A stretch of DNA of 64,000 nt from Callorhinchus milii (lineage: Eukaryota): the NCBI RefSeq assembly GCF_018977255.1, contig NW_024704743.1:112594001-112658000 (forward strand), read 5' to 3'. The notes below the pieces were generated by a model. The model saw only the letters and a list, made by a program, of their open reading frames with translations. It did no database searches and was not told the origin of the DNA. Shown piece after piece: positions 11,267-26,308 of this stretch. The position numbers were made by a program, and so were the translations under genes. Numbering within the stretch: position 1 is the first letter of the stretch; each line of letters opens with the position of its first letter.

Positions 11267-12844
11267 GGTGATACTCCGATGTTGGCTGCTGTCTTTCGGG
11301 TGAGCATTCAAATGAGGACTTGTCGGCTTATTCAGGTGGACTTTAAATATCATATAGCATACTTTAAAAAGTAAAGAGGTTTCTACTGGTGTCCTGGCTA
11401 CCAGTCCAGATTAATTGATTAATTCATCTCATGGCTGTTCGTAGGACTTTGTTGACTTTAGTGTTTGCCACAAAAACAGTCACTATCCTTGACGGTATGT
11501 ACCTTTGAAGAAGTGCTTTGAGATGTTTCAACCGAAGATGCTACAAAAAGCAAGTATCTTTTTATTTTATTTTAAACTTGGGTTATTGAACAAGAATGCT
11601 TACCATAATGTTTTAATCACTCCTGCAAATGGCTGGTTTATTAATGTGGTACGTTAGACTAGCAACTGTAAGTTTGGATTTGTATTAATAAAGATATATG
11701 TTTACTGGTCCTTTCCATGCATTTTGATTGACAGACTTTATTTAAAGAAGTATCCACAGAAGACATAGTGCTGGTATGCACTTTGACTTGTCAACGTAAC
11801 TAAACTATTCACAAACAACAACAACAACTTGGATTTATATAGCGCCCTCCACGCCGGACGTCTCAGTGCTTTACAGTAACAGATCCCGGCGCCGAGCCAG
11901 GGGGATGGGGAGAAAGGTGACCAAACGTACAATAATAGTCACTCAAAGGTGTTACGACATTTTGTTTCTTGAATGTCTCCCAGAGATTAGCTCTGTTATG
12001 CAGGAGTAATGTATAGTGAAAGACTATTGTTATGACTTTTTTAGCTGGCAGATCAGAAAATAATAAAGGCCTCAGACACTATTGAACTTTTTGAAATGTT
12101 TCTGCTTGGCTAAGGTCATCTGTTGTAAAAATTAACAAAAAAAGTCTGTTTGAACTTTACACATTCCCTTTTATTTTGTAGTCATTCACTAGAAATAGAC
12201 CAGTGACTTACTGTATTGATAGAAACAGACAACAAAATGCGAAAACAAATAGCAGCCCTCACAATCACTTCCAAAATTCTTCATTAATATTATAGTATCA
12301 CAATCAAGGAATCCCTCTAAATACTATTTAATAGAAAAATCAAGTTATTATTAATCACAATAATTTACAGCTTTATTTAACTGATACTCATTGATTGCAT
12401 TTAATGTTCCATTCTATATATATAATATACTGATTATGTTCATGAAATAGAACATAAAATATGATCTAGATGCAATGTAAAATAAACTATCAGCTCAAAT
12501 TAAATGACTTCATATACTCAAAACTAAAAGATACTTGTCATCCATAATAATTTATAAGTTGATCATGCGAAGAATCCTTAAGGCACATTGATTCTTCATA
12601 TCTTCCACTTCTGTTTTTTTGGAGTAATAAATCAGGTTACCATCAAAAAGAGTCAGGATAACAATAACATTTGATGTTTAATTCCCTTCATTACTGATTG
12701 GTACTAATGACTGGGGGAGATATCCCAATGCACTGGGCAGTCAGGGAATTGGACCCAAGCAGGGGGTTGGCATCAGGAAGGGTGGAGGGCGGGGGTTGGG
12801 TGTAGGAATAGATGGGTGACCAAAGATGTCCATCTCATGTTTTC

Positions 12845-13811
12845 AGGGATAATTGCGCACAGCAGTGTCCCACAAACAGTCGTGGATGGAGTGACCAAAT
12901 TATTATTTTTTTTAAATATTATTATCCCCAGAAAAGCGATCCGCCAATTGATTAACAACCGGGTTCCTATTTACTACTAGGTAAACAGAGATGTGTGTAG
13001 TAAGGAAATTTGCCCAACATTTCGCCCTGCCGGGAATTGAATCCAGGTCTCTCATTTGCAAGGCGAGTGCTCTAATCGCTCTAATCGCCCCCCCAATTAT
13101 CCTTCCTCCCCCACATCCGGTCCCTTACCAGCACCGCCTTTTTCCACCTCCGTCGCATCGCCCGTCTCCGCCAATACCTCTCCCCAAAAGCCACTAAAAC
13201 CCTGGTCCATGCCTTTGTTGCCTCTCGGCTGGACTACTCCAATGCCCTCCTCGCCGGTCGGTCTCCCATCCACTACCATCCATAAAATCCAACTCATTCA
13301 GAACTCTGCCGCCCGCATTCTCACCTGCACGAAACTCCACTCACCGATTACTCCAGTCCTTGCCAGACTGCACTGGCTGCCTGTCCCAGAGAGGATCGAC
13401 TTCAAGATCCTCACCCTTGAATTCAAGTCCCTGCACTCCTCTGCACCCCCCTACCTCTCTGACCTCCTCTCTCCTCAAAACAATACCCGTTGCCTTCGTT
13501 CCTCCGGGTCTGACCTCCTCCTTGTCCCCCGAGTCCTCTGCTCCACCCTCGGCGGCCGTGCTTTCAGCCACTATGCCCCGAGGTTCTGGAACTGCCTTCC
13601 TCACTCCCTTCGTCTCGCTCCCTCCCTTCCCATTTTCAGGTCTATGCTGAAGACTTTTCTTTTCGACCGCGCCTTTGGTCACCTTCCCCCCCCCTCCCCC
13701 TGACTCGGCCCCGGGACCCGTTACTGTAAAACGCTCTGAGACGCCGTCCGGCGTGGAGAGAGCTACATAAACCCAAGTTGTTGTTGTTAATCACTGAGCT
13801 ACAGGACTCCA
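12845..13811 (-). mobile_element. tRNA SINE (long form), split by an L2 insertion at about 13095-13788
   Basis: Body at 12845-13080. The remaining head AATCACTGAGCTACAGGACTCC resumes at 13789 after the L2 (TTG)n tail. Confidence 0.85.
13095..13788 (+). mobile_element. L2-clade LINE 3' end
   Basis: IQLIQNSAARIL...LHWLPVPERIDFKIL...RAFSHYAPRFWN...LKTFLFDRAF, followed by a 3' UTR and (TTG)n. Confidence 0.92.
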
Positions 13812-16229
13812 TTTCATTTAACCATTGAAAGGGATTACAGAATGACCTGCAATGCCATACATTGGTGGTTAATTACAGAACTAATTACATTGTAGCATTC
13901 GAACCTGACCAGCCCGTGGGCTATTTAACCAATTACCATTTTAGATCTCATTACATAATACATTCCGATCATGACTGCAAAGAATTTCTGGAGAAATATG
14001 CAGTGTTTATATTAGGAATATTAACTTTGTAAGTGTGAAGATCAGCGTGCATCAATAAGATGAATTGAATTGGCTGTCACTACTTCATTGAGAACTGCTA
14101 TTGTTAGAAGGGGCCCAAAGCTGACAAAAAAAAACATACAAAAAAACGACTGTGCAATTAGGGAGAGGAGAGGAAATCACTGTCAAACTTGTCAAATCTG
14201 TCATCTTATATTAGGGTTCAGGTTAGGTTATTGATCGCTAGAGTTATTCTTATACTTCATACAACTTTTGTTGTACTCCACTGATTAACGCTGTGTCTCC
14301 ACTCATACCCGTTGTTCCACGTGTTATTTCAGTGGAGGATACAGATATCTGAAGCTGCACACGCCAAAAGCATAAACTCTCCACTTATATGCGTTTATAG
14401 GGTGCGTTTTGTTCGGTCCGGAGATACTTGGCATTGAAAGGAACCTCTTTTGCAAGTGTTGACACACCAGTAGATTTTGCAGGTGCTTTTTGTACCTTCC
14501 TCGTCCTGTGGTGTGAGTTATCTTTCCAGCTGTTTGACAGATATATAGGTGTGTGTTTGTGTGCGGCTGTTTGAACGTCACATTAACGTCGTTGCCATCC
14601 CGAATCTCTGCATATTCACTAACGCAATCCCCCTCTCAATCCTCAGCGCTACAGAACCATTGCCATATTTATTCTTGTTTCTATTCTGGGAGGATGTGTG
14701 ACGCACTATTCCTCCAATTACACACTCCATTTACTTAGTTAAGCCTCTAAAAGAAAGGACACATGGCCTCAGACTGAAACTCTGGCAAAAGCGTAGCGAA
14801 GTTCAATTCCAATTTACCTTTTTCCGGACAAGTCGTGTTAATTTGGTGGCACTTGGGATCGAGAGTGTGTTCTGGTTTATTTGGAAAACAACATGGCTTG
14901 TCAAACCTGCATCAGGCNTTTTTTTTGTGCAAAGGGATCAGTAGCCAAACACGGTCCATGTAAATGCAAATGCTTACAATAAGTTTGAACCTGTTCTGCA
15001 GAAGAGGTGCGGCACTGATAGTTGGGGACTAAATATTGTAGAGGCAACATTGCAAAGACAACTGGTGATTTTGCACACCAGGAATAAGACCTTAAACGAA
15101 ACCAAGACCGGGCTAAAGGGAAAACTAAATGTTGCAATTGCTTATGAAAATTCCCCTCGGTATCTGTTAACAGTAACACAAGGCTGTCAGTGCCACACCA
15201 TTCTCCAAATGAGTGTAATATATATATTTACCAACTATGAATGTTGAATAATGACCTGACTTCTCTCCTCTTAGTCATTGCCTTGTACGGACAATCTTAC
15301 AGTCAACAGTTGCAATTTCTATTTCTCCAAACAATTTTCAATCCGGTACAGCGGAGTCACCATCTCTGCGTGGGAATTGATCCCACGTTTATTGATTAGA
15401 TGCAGTACACACACATCCCTACACCGTGTTTTAAGGTGCAATTCAATTCGGTGGTATCAGTTTGATAGGTTCAACTCCTTCGTTTCCAGCCAGAGGCTTG
15501 ATATCCCTCAGATGTCTGATCTCTTTGAGGTGTGCAGATCCTTTTACATGGTACAAAGCGACACACACGTTCACATGCGTTTCAGATCCAGTTACATTAT
15601 TCACCAGTTACTTCTCTGTGGTCTCGTCTAATTGAATTCACTCGTTTTCTTATCTGTGCGTTTCACACCCTTTTGCTCAGTCGCTATTCCCTAACAAGTT
15701 CATTTTCTATCTTGATTTTACCTTCATCACCTGTTTTCCCTTTGCTGTTGTTTTTCTCCTTCCTTGATATTGTTCTCGTTTTCCACCCCCCAACGGTGTC
15801 GTTTCATCCAAGTTTCTCTTTCTTGTAATTTATGTACTCATGTGCCCATAACTTTTACCTTCTGCTGTTGTTTGCTTTCCCTTTCTTGGTTTGTTTTCCC
15901 TTATCCTTTACGTTTCACATCCTCTCCCACCTCCTGTGATTCCCCTTTTTCTCTCACTGTGTTCTCGCTATCGATTTCCTTCTCTGTTTATTTGTACGTG
16001 GTGGGTGGGGGGGGGGGGGGGGGGGGGGGGAGAGCTTTTCTCCTCCAGCCTTTCTTTGTTGCTTATACCCACCAACAGCAATTGAAGCCATCTCCTTGCC
16101 AGGCTCTCCAGTCATTGATGCCCAGCTCCCCTGCTGGTCATTGAAGTCATTATGCCACCTCTCCTGCCAGTCACTGAAGCCATTGTGCCTTACCCACCTC
16201 AGCTGGTCTCTGCACTCACTATACCCACC

Positions 16230-17319
16230 TGCCAGACACTGCACTAGCCCTCTCTCTCCTCTCTCCCGGCACAGTGCCCACCTCCCCACCCTCAGTCACT
16301 GGCCCCCCCACCCCACCCCCCCACCACCCCCCCTCTCCTCACCCCCGTGTATCATTGTGCCCACTCCCCTCTCATCGCCTCAGTCACACACCACCTTCTC
16401 CCGCATCTCTTCACGCTGTGCCCATTTCCTTGCGCCACTGACTGAGCCCCTTCCCCACGTTTCTCTCCGGTCACTGCCCCATTCTCCTGCACCTCTTCGG
16501 CCACTGTGCCCACTCTCTGCCCCCCAGTGACTTTTGCCCATTTCCCCCATCTCTTCCCTCGCTGCCCACTCCCCACGCATCGCTTCCCTCGTTAACATCT
16601 CCCATCTCTTCACTCCTCTCTTCTCTCACTGCCCCTATCCATTGCCCAATTCCCACACCCTCCCCGCTCACTGTGCCCACTCCCACCCCTCCACCCCCGC
16701 TCACTGTGCCCACTCCCACCCCTCCACCCCTCCACCCCCGCTCACTGTGCCCACTCCCCTCCCCACTTACTGTGCTCATTCACCTCCCCACTCACTGTGC
16801 CCACTCCTTCCTCTCACTGTGCCCACTCCACCCCCTCCCACTGTGCCCACTTCACCCCCTCCCACTGTGCCCACTCAACTCTCCCCTCACTGTACCCACT
16901 CCCCTCCCCATTCACTGTACCCACTCCCCTCCCACCCACTGCACCCACTCCCCTCCCTACTCACTGTGACCACCCGCTCCCCACTCACTGTGCACACGCC
17001 ACTCGCTGTGCCCACCCCCTCCCCACTCGCAGTGCCCACCCCTCTCACTCTGCCCACATCCCTCCAAGCCCACTGTACCCACACAACCACTCCTCTCCTC
17101 AGTCACTGCGTCCACCCCCCTCCCCACTCACTGTGCCCACCCCCTCCCCACGCACTGTACCAACCCCCTCCCCACGCACTGTGCCCACCCCCCATTCCCC
17201 ACGCACTGTGCCCACCCCCCATTCCCCACGCACTGTGCCCACCCCCCATTCCCCACGCACTGTGCCGACCCCCTTCCCCACGCACTGTGCCCACCCCCTT
17301 CCCCACGCACTGTGCCCCC

Positions 17320-17330
<11 letters not shown>
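16230..17330. repeat. C-rich minisatellite, unit about 20-25 bp (CCCCACGCACTGTGCCCACCCCC-like)
   Basis: Dozens of degenerate CACTGTGCCCAC cores, most homogeneous at about 17120-17320. It produces the low-complexity Pro/His/Thr ORFs in the track. Confidence 0.9.
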
Positions 17331-18340
<1,010 letters not shown>

Positions 18341-20114
18341 AACCCGTTGGTTTATTTTTTTTAATTTATATATATATATATATATATATTTCTTTGTTTT
18401 TTTAAAAAATAAATATACGTTTGGTGTAGTCTGAACGTCCCTCACAGAGCTCAACAATGGGAGATGGGACAACTCTACCCCTTCGGGTCTGCAAATAAAT
18501 TGCGTTGTATCTCTGTAAGACGGTGGTTGATTAAAACATTATTTTTTTTACCCCTAAATATAGTCCCCCCCCCCCCCCCACCCCTCCCCCTCCAAAAAAA
18601 ATAACTTTTGTATGGTTTTAATTTGGGATTGTCAAAAAAAAAGATATATTGGGGGGTTGGATCGTTTGCTTAACATAAAATAACACCACCACCACCACCA
18701 ACCAACCCCACAATAAAAGGAGAGACAGACGAGTGCAGTTCTCACTGCTCAACCCCCCCCACCCCCCAAAAAGAAAGCGAATCAATTTGAATGATCAGTT
18801 TGAAGTGTTTTCCCTGAGCCCCCCCCCCACACACCTCTCCCCCCACACCACACCTCTCCCCCCCCCCCCCCCACACACCTCTCCCCCCCCCCTCCTCCCT
18901 TCTGCTTTGCTGTGTGTCGTGTGGATGATGTGTTCACAACAGATTGTCACTGACGTGTAGAATCACTTGAACGTAAGACACACAGTCTCAGGCAGAGGCC
19001 ACTGCTATATATGATCTGCATTTCAGAAACAGCAAAGCGAGAGGGTGGGGGGGGTCACATTTTGCAAAAAAAAGTTGTGCAGTGTTACTGAATCACTATC
19101 AGGAGACACAGACAGACAGACAGACAGACACACACACAGACACACACACAGACAGAGACTGAGAGCAATCCCTAACTTCGATTTAGGGAATGGTGCAAGC
19201 AAGCAGCTGAATTAACTTTAATTGTTTAACCTGTGATCAGATGCTCAGGACGTATACAGGAAAAGGAATATTCTTATCTCTGATAGGATTTGTTTTTTGC
19301 AGATTGCATTACGTTGTTTGGGATTGGGGTGGGTACTGCCTTACTCTTAATTCCACATGTCGCGAGTCAGGCCAACAGCTAGTTGCAGACAAATGAAATG
19401 AGAGATTTTATCTTAGCTTTAAATGCAATTAATATCCAGATGAAGGCAGTGTGTGTGTGTGGGAGGCAGAATAACCTGCATAGGTTTTGTTTTCTTTAAA
19501 TGATATTAACGCAGAAGGAAGTTAGTGACAATTAGCTGTTCAAAACTCAATGCCAGTAAACTGGTGAAATGCAAAACTATGATGTACGTTTCCGGAATTA
19601 TGATCGCTTATTTAGAAAATATAATACACGTGGCAAGCGAGGAGAGGAAGAAAAATGCAATAACAGATGTCCAGATCCACCTAAATCAGCCTAAACAGCA
19701 GCTGAATACGTGGAAGGAGGGTGGCTTTCAGTGGTCAATAATCATATGCTATAAGGGATCCCAGATAAGTTCTGCACATTTTAGAATGTGTATACGACTA
19801 TTTGGAATAATTTTAAAAAATTAAAGAGCCACATTAATACATCAATCGTATTAAAGTACTCTGGCTGGTTCATTTATGTTATGTTCACACATGCATACAT
19901 ATGAGTGGCTACAATTCCTTCCAGAGAATGGAAATGTTAATTTAAGCATAAAGACTAGGTGTGCACATTTTAAATACATTACACATTTAATTTGGTAATG
20001 GCTTTCAACAACTTTCCTTTGCAAAATTATTCAAATCCTATCAAAGATGAAATGGGTCCTTGGGTTCCACCCACCACCACCACATTCAACTATTGTACTT
20101 CTGATTAGCGCAGA

Positions 20115-20345
20115 CAACAGCAGCAACTTACATTTATATATCACCCTTCATGCGGGTTAGGGTCCCGGAGCGCTTCACAGTGGTGGAGTCTGACACCGAG
20201 CCAGGGGGAAAGGGAGTGGTGATCGTAAGCGCGATCAAAAAGGAAGATCTTGAGGTGGGGTTTGAAGGTGGTGAGGGAGTGGACAAGGCGGAGGGATTGA
20301 GGGAGAGAGTTCCAGAGTTTTGGGCCGAAGTGGCTGAAGGCACTT
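20115..20345 (-). mobile_element. Short L2 3' fragment
   Basis: AFSHFGPKLWNSLP...LKIFLFDRA. Other short L2 tails lie at about 11815-11925(-), 12660-12830(-), 37318-37715(-), 38350-38510(-), 42270-42600(+), 43545-43640(+), 48710-48808(+) and 52030-52240(-). Confidence 0.8.
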
Positions 20346-21882
20346 GTCGTATTGGTTTCTCCTGCAGTCACTGCAAGTTGTAGTTTGTTTCAATAATTTA
20401 TGTATGAATTACTCAAGCGTTATTTTGTTGTAATGATTTTGGAACACAGTGCTGAATACTGAATTTCTCTGCACACTTGCAATGGAAGATTGGAAGGAAG
20501 TCAATTGTATTCCCTTAGATTTAGTAATAATTTTAGGGGAAAATGTTGAGTGCCCAGTTTATAGAGAAATTGGCCCCAGTGTCAGAAGCAACTTTCTCCC
20601 ATTGAATTTCTAATTTATTGAAATATTGCATCCCCAATATTTCAATTTGGAAGGCGATTTTTATAGAGATGAGGAAGCATAAGAATCAATACATTGTGAA
20701 AACTCATGCCTGTGAATGCAGTATAACATGTATCAGTTGGATTACACTTAAGCAAAAGTAGAAAATGCATATGAAGAAACTTCTTGATGCTAGAAAATAA
20801 TACCAAAAAGTAAAGGAGGTTCAATTTAGATTTACTTATTTTGAAGGTAAAAAAAACCTGATTACTGACTTTAGTACTTGGTTATACAGATTATGTGATT
20901 CCCAGGTTCAATCCCTTTGTACATAGTCATCACAAATGGGACAGTGGGTGAGTGGATAGACGGTGTGGCGAAAGAGTGATTCCTGAGCTAAGGAAAGTGA
21001 GGGGCAATGGCAGATTTCTTGGTCTCAATTATTATCCAGTGGCCCTTAGTGGAAGGCATGGATTATCCATATATTGACCCCTCTCCACCCCCCTCCACAA
21101 CAACATCCTAATAAACTCATTGTTCAGATTTTTACAAGAGGAATGGCAGCTTGAGAAACATGCTGGAGGCCTGCTGCTTCCCATGAAATTATACTGAATG
21201 CCTCGAAGAGGGAAGAAAATAAAGCTAAGTGAATGTTTTTTTAATCATGGCACCACATATCTGGGTGCGGTAAGATTCACAAGTATTTGGTGATAAAATA
21301 GGAAGAGAAATAAGAGCTCCATATGTTGTTCCCCCCCTAAAATCTTTTATATTTCATTTCACAAGTCTGATAAATGTTGAATTCATCGAATTTTAGGAAT
21401 GTTACCATATTATAGTGACCCGACAGAACACTGAAATCTATTTCTGCTTTCTTTTATCATGCTGCCTATACCCAAATCAACAGTTTGTGATCAGCCTGCA
21501 GTAGGAAAGGAATAGAGTATATTGAGGTAGTGGAGGGTAATCTGATCACTAACTTAAAAATAGTTTTCTACATTACATTATCAACCAATGCCATCATTAA
21601 CCCAAAATACCTAACTTGGGTACAGAGTACTGCGTGTGACATTTAAACCCAGTTAGAAAAACCGAAGACAAATTCTATCTTGCATCAAAGCAGAATTAAT
21701 TAAGCAATCATGTACTTATAACATTGTAATTAATATGGTCAAATCCAAATACTTAATAACACAAACAATATTGAAAATGTTGTGTACTTGAGAGAGAAGT
21801 TCCACAGTCCTCTCTATATTATTTCCAGAGCTTATAAAGTGCTGTAATATTGTTCTGCAAACATGTAATCAGCTGCTAAAGC

Positions 21883-22123
21883 GAGTTTTCACACAGCGAG
21901 TTGATCGGATCTGGAATGCATTGCCTGAAAGGGTGGTGGAGGCCGATTTGATAACAACTTGTAAGAGAGAACTAGATAATTAGTTGGGGAGGACAAGTTT
22001 GCAGAGGTATAGGGAGAGAGCGGGGGAGTGGGATTGATTTGGATAGCTCTTTTCAAAGAGCCGGCACAGACACAATGAGCCGAATGGTCTCCCTCTGTTC
22101 TGTATAATTCTATGATTCTATGA
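21883..22123 (+). mobile_element. CR1 LINE 3' end
   Basis: Encodes the typical FTQRV..IWNALPE.VVEA C-terminus, followed by a 3' UTR ending in (ATTCTATG)n. Confidence 0.85.
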
Positions 22124-25100
22124 TAAAGGTTAACAGCTTGTAATCATGGTGTTCCAGTGAAATCCACTAAAGCCATTCATTTTAAAATTAAAACTGTTCC
22201 AATTTACTTTATTTAACACATCAAACTTTTTAGTGTTCGATTATTTAAATGATAACCAAATTTTACCAATTTATCACTGTTTGATTTGACACAGACCAGT
22301 TAGGACAATTAGTCTGTTTCCATGCTGTATCATTCTATGTAATACATATCTATATGTAACCTAAAGTACACATTTGAACGTCCATATAAGTTTACTGTGT
22401 AGCTTAAACTCTTATATAACATCTGGCTTAGGAAAGCTGATGGAAAGACACTGTTTCTTCAATACAGTACTTGTTTTATTAAATGGAATACATTTATTCT
22501 CTGAGGTACCAGAGCAGGCACCTCTCATAGGTGTGCGATTTCAGTGTTCTGCTCATATTTTAACTGAGGCAGAATTAACTGGTTTATCCTTTGTTAAAAC
22601 AGAACAATATTTTTCTGTCTGGATCTATGGAGGATCCAAGCTCCTGAAAATAAAGTATGCTCCACACTACATTAAGAGAATATCTGATTCTTCTCCATCA
22701 TCCACATTCCCCTAGTGTGTAATCACTCCTCATTGCTCAAGTGTTGAGATAATTAACATTAAAATTGTAATGTTTTCAGTTTTGCATTTTCCAGAATTCT
22801 AATGGAGTTTTTTTTCAAAGCATCTGAGAATCCCACTAAAGTTTTATGTTTTATGGTCTGTCTGGCGAGTTGTGTTTTCAAAAATTATTTCTCGATCTAT
22901 CACATACCATCCAAAGGCTTTCAATGTCGAAACATCATCCATTTGCCTCTTTCCACCTTCCTGAGTAAACTATTCTATATATTTGCTAAGTAAAATAGTT
23001 AAATATAAACAGTCCATTCCATTAGTACTTGTAGAGTGTGGAACTCTGATTCCTTCCTATGAATTTGTTCAACATATTAAGTAAGGCATTCCATACTGTT
23101 TAGAGCCCCCAAATATTTCAGTTAAGAGACATTCCAATCTTCTCCATCATCCACATTCCCCTAGTGTGTAATCACTCCTCATTGCTCAAGTGTTGAGATA
23201 ATTAACATTAAAATTGTAATGTTTTTAAATTATCTTGAAGATTTATTTTAAAGATTGCTCCTTTTTAAAAAAAATAGTGTAGGGATTTTTCTTGCAAATG
23301 TATTTTCTCCCCAGATTTCATCAAACAGCATACATTTTCTTACATTTCTGAAATAATTATTTTAATCTTAAATATGACTATAGTACTGTAGATTTAGCAG
23401 ATCCAATGGGCTGTTTCATGAAGTGTAGAACCACTGAATTAAAATAGCTTTGATTGCATCATCCACACTGGAGACCAGATTGTACCCTATAATTTAAAGT
23501 GCCTGATTCTAGATCCAGACTAGTTGCCCTTTGCTTTACCTCCTCCAATACAAAGATTTCTCTACTATATAATACAGTTACCTAAATTGTAAGTAGTACT
23601 CTAGGGCTCAGACTAGTTCCCTTTACAAATTCAATATCGCTTACTTACTTACTTACTTATTCTCCATCTTTTTAGCTGTATATTGGCTATGTATTCTCAT
23701 GATTCAGTTCATTTTCTTAGTGGGACAACACACCATTCTGATGGTTTTATCTACTTGTATTCCCCAAATGTCACTTCCTTCAGCTTGCACATGACCACAT
23801 AACCACATGATTAATTGCTTCAAATGCTGAAAGGCTTTTTCGCTGTCAAAATCCACATGTACACTTTTAACATCCAGGAAACAAGTCACTCATTTTTTAA
23901 CATTTATGTTATGAAGTAGATTGTAGGAACCTACCAAGTTATAGCAACATTCTTCACCATACAGTCATCTTTCAATAAACCAATGATTTTCATATTTTTT
24001 GATTCTGATGCAGAAAGATATTGAAAGGACTCAATCAAATACAATTAGAATACTAATGAAGAGAAATCCCAACTGGGTCTAAGATTTACTCTATTTATGT
24101 AGCATTTTGGAACATTCAGAATTTGGAAAGCAGGATTTTGTAAAAATAAGACATTTCAAAGATATGATAAGGCGTTATATCAAATGCGAGGATTAGTGTT
24201 ATGAATAGAAGTGTTTCTAAAAAAAACGGAACCACTTGACAGCTAGCTAATAATAGATTTTTTTTAATGAATATTGTGATTGCCATTGAGTTGGGCCTCC
24301 AAATTGTGGTTGGCTGAAATGTTATAGTGAAGGCTAATGTAGTCTTGAACATTGTGTTCTTCACAGTCAAGTGCCAATATTTATAAGCAATACATTTTAA
24401 AAGGTGCTGCTTTTAAGGTGCTGTAAGTTTAAAAGGTGCTGTTCCTTCTAAGTAGTGTTTTGCAGAGTGTTTGTAGTCTAGTGCTGGATGCTCTTAGAAT
24501 ATAACTGAGGGTAGTATTGATGGTCACGTTCTTACCTAAGATGTAGTCGACTCAAATTAATATTCCACAAATTTATACAACAAATTAACAGATATAGTTG
24601 CGTACTTAATATTCTCAAATCACACCCACTATTTTAGCTAAAATGCAACTGAAAGTTAATTATAATACTACAAAGATTATGTGTTATACTGTGCTTATTC
24701 AGTGTCTTTAAGTCCAAAACAATTCAGTGTCCTTCCTGAATAGACAAACATTTTCGAAAGGTTCAATGAAAACTAAAGTATTAAAGTTTTACATCTTAGA
24801 TTACAAAGAAGTTAAATATTTAAGTAGAGGAAATCCTTTGTGATTTCTCCATTTCTGTTCAAATCTAATGTTTTAGTTGAACTTATTTTGGCTGAGTTTA
24901 ATTAATAAAGTGTGCAGAAGGGCTCTATCAAGATTCAGGTCTCTAATCAGGGGTTCAAATAAACTTTTTACACAATTCTGATACTTTCATATAGTCGTCA
25001 AAGCTCTGAGCAGGATTTGTGAAAGCCTAAGTCATTTTTAGCCATAAAAAGGTTTTATCCTCTATTCCAATGTTATAGAACCATAGATCCATAGAAATTT

Positions 25101-26308
25101 ATGGCACAGAAGTAAGCTATTCGGCCCATTGTGCCTATGCTGACTCTTTCCGTTCCATTTGCTTACTCTTTCCCCATACCACTGTAGTTTTACTCTTGTT
25201 TTAGATTATATTATTATAATCTCTTGTACTTTATTGTTATTATTATAGATATTTATCTAGTTCCCTATTGGGAGCTAATATAGATTCTGCCTGCTCCTCT
25301 CCTATTCCACCCAACTTGCTTAGCATTGACCCGATCATTGTAAAGGACGCCGAGATGTTATTCTACAACATAAAGGGTTCTGTGTAAATGCAAGTTGTTG
25401 TTGTCCCCAAACAGTGGAAGAAAATGTTTAATTATTCGGTTCTCTGTCTGATGATACAGCCCCTCTGATTTCTTTTCTGAGTCAAATGCTTCTTGGCAGC
25501 ACTGTTACTTATAGGGTAAAGTGTAACCAAGAGGTGAATTTAAATGTGAAGTTTGACTGACAACATACATGTGTGTGTAAAGCAAAATAGTGTTCTAGAG
25601 ACTTTCTCAGATGCTTTCCAAACCTGCTCAGGGCCGAGACCTTAAGTTCACAATAGCAATGATCTCCAATTTCGACAGCAGTTTATTACATTGTTTGCCA
25701 CCTCTTGCACAAGCATGTTCCACTGTTTTTTTTTGTTCCCCCATTCAGTGAAGCAGAACGTTATCTTGTGCGATGTTAATATCTGCATTTGTGTACAATT
25801 CTGGCAGTGACATTTCAACAAGTATGGATTTGGGACAACTGTTCGGTAGCTTAAGTTAATTATGTGTTGCATTGTTCTGAAAACAAAAATACTATGAAAT
25901 TTAAAGTCTCCTTTTTTAGATTTAGAGAATAATGAAGTGACCTATTTTATACGTTCTCATTTTTCTGGTGTTTAATATTCACAGTAAAATCAATCTTTAG
26001 TTTGTAAAGAAGCATGATTTGTTCAAGCAGTTTACCATCATTAGCTGCCCTTCATATAACTGACATTCACACAAATATTAAAAATTTAAAATTAATATAT
26101 GTAGGTTAGTGTGAAATTTCAGATTGAGTTTGATTTGTTTGGAAAAATATTCCGACTGCAGAATTGGAAATATTTGCTGTGAATCTTTTGAAGGAACAAT
26201 GAGAGCTGTACTGCCCAAAACCGTGTCTAATCGCCATTACATTTGGGTATTTAAAACTTGAGAATTGTTGTGTGCACATTTTAATTCTTTTTAATCCATG
26301 TTCTGAAG

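Noticed and set aside
14918..14918. Ambiguous base n (another at 50920)
   Set aside because: Assembly uncertainty beside homopolymer runs, with no biological meaning.
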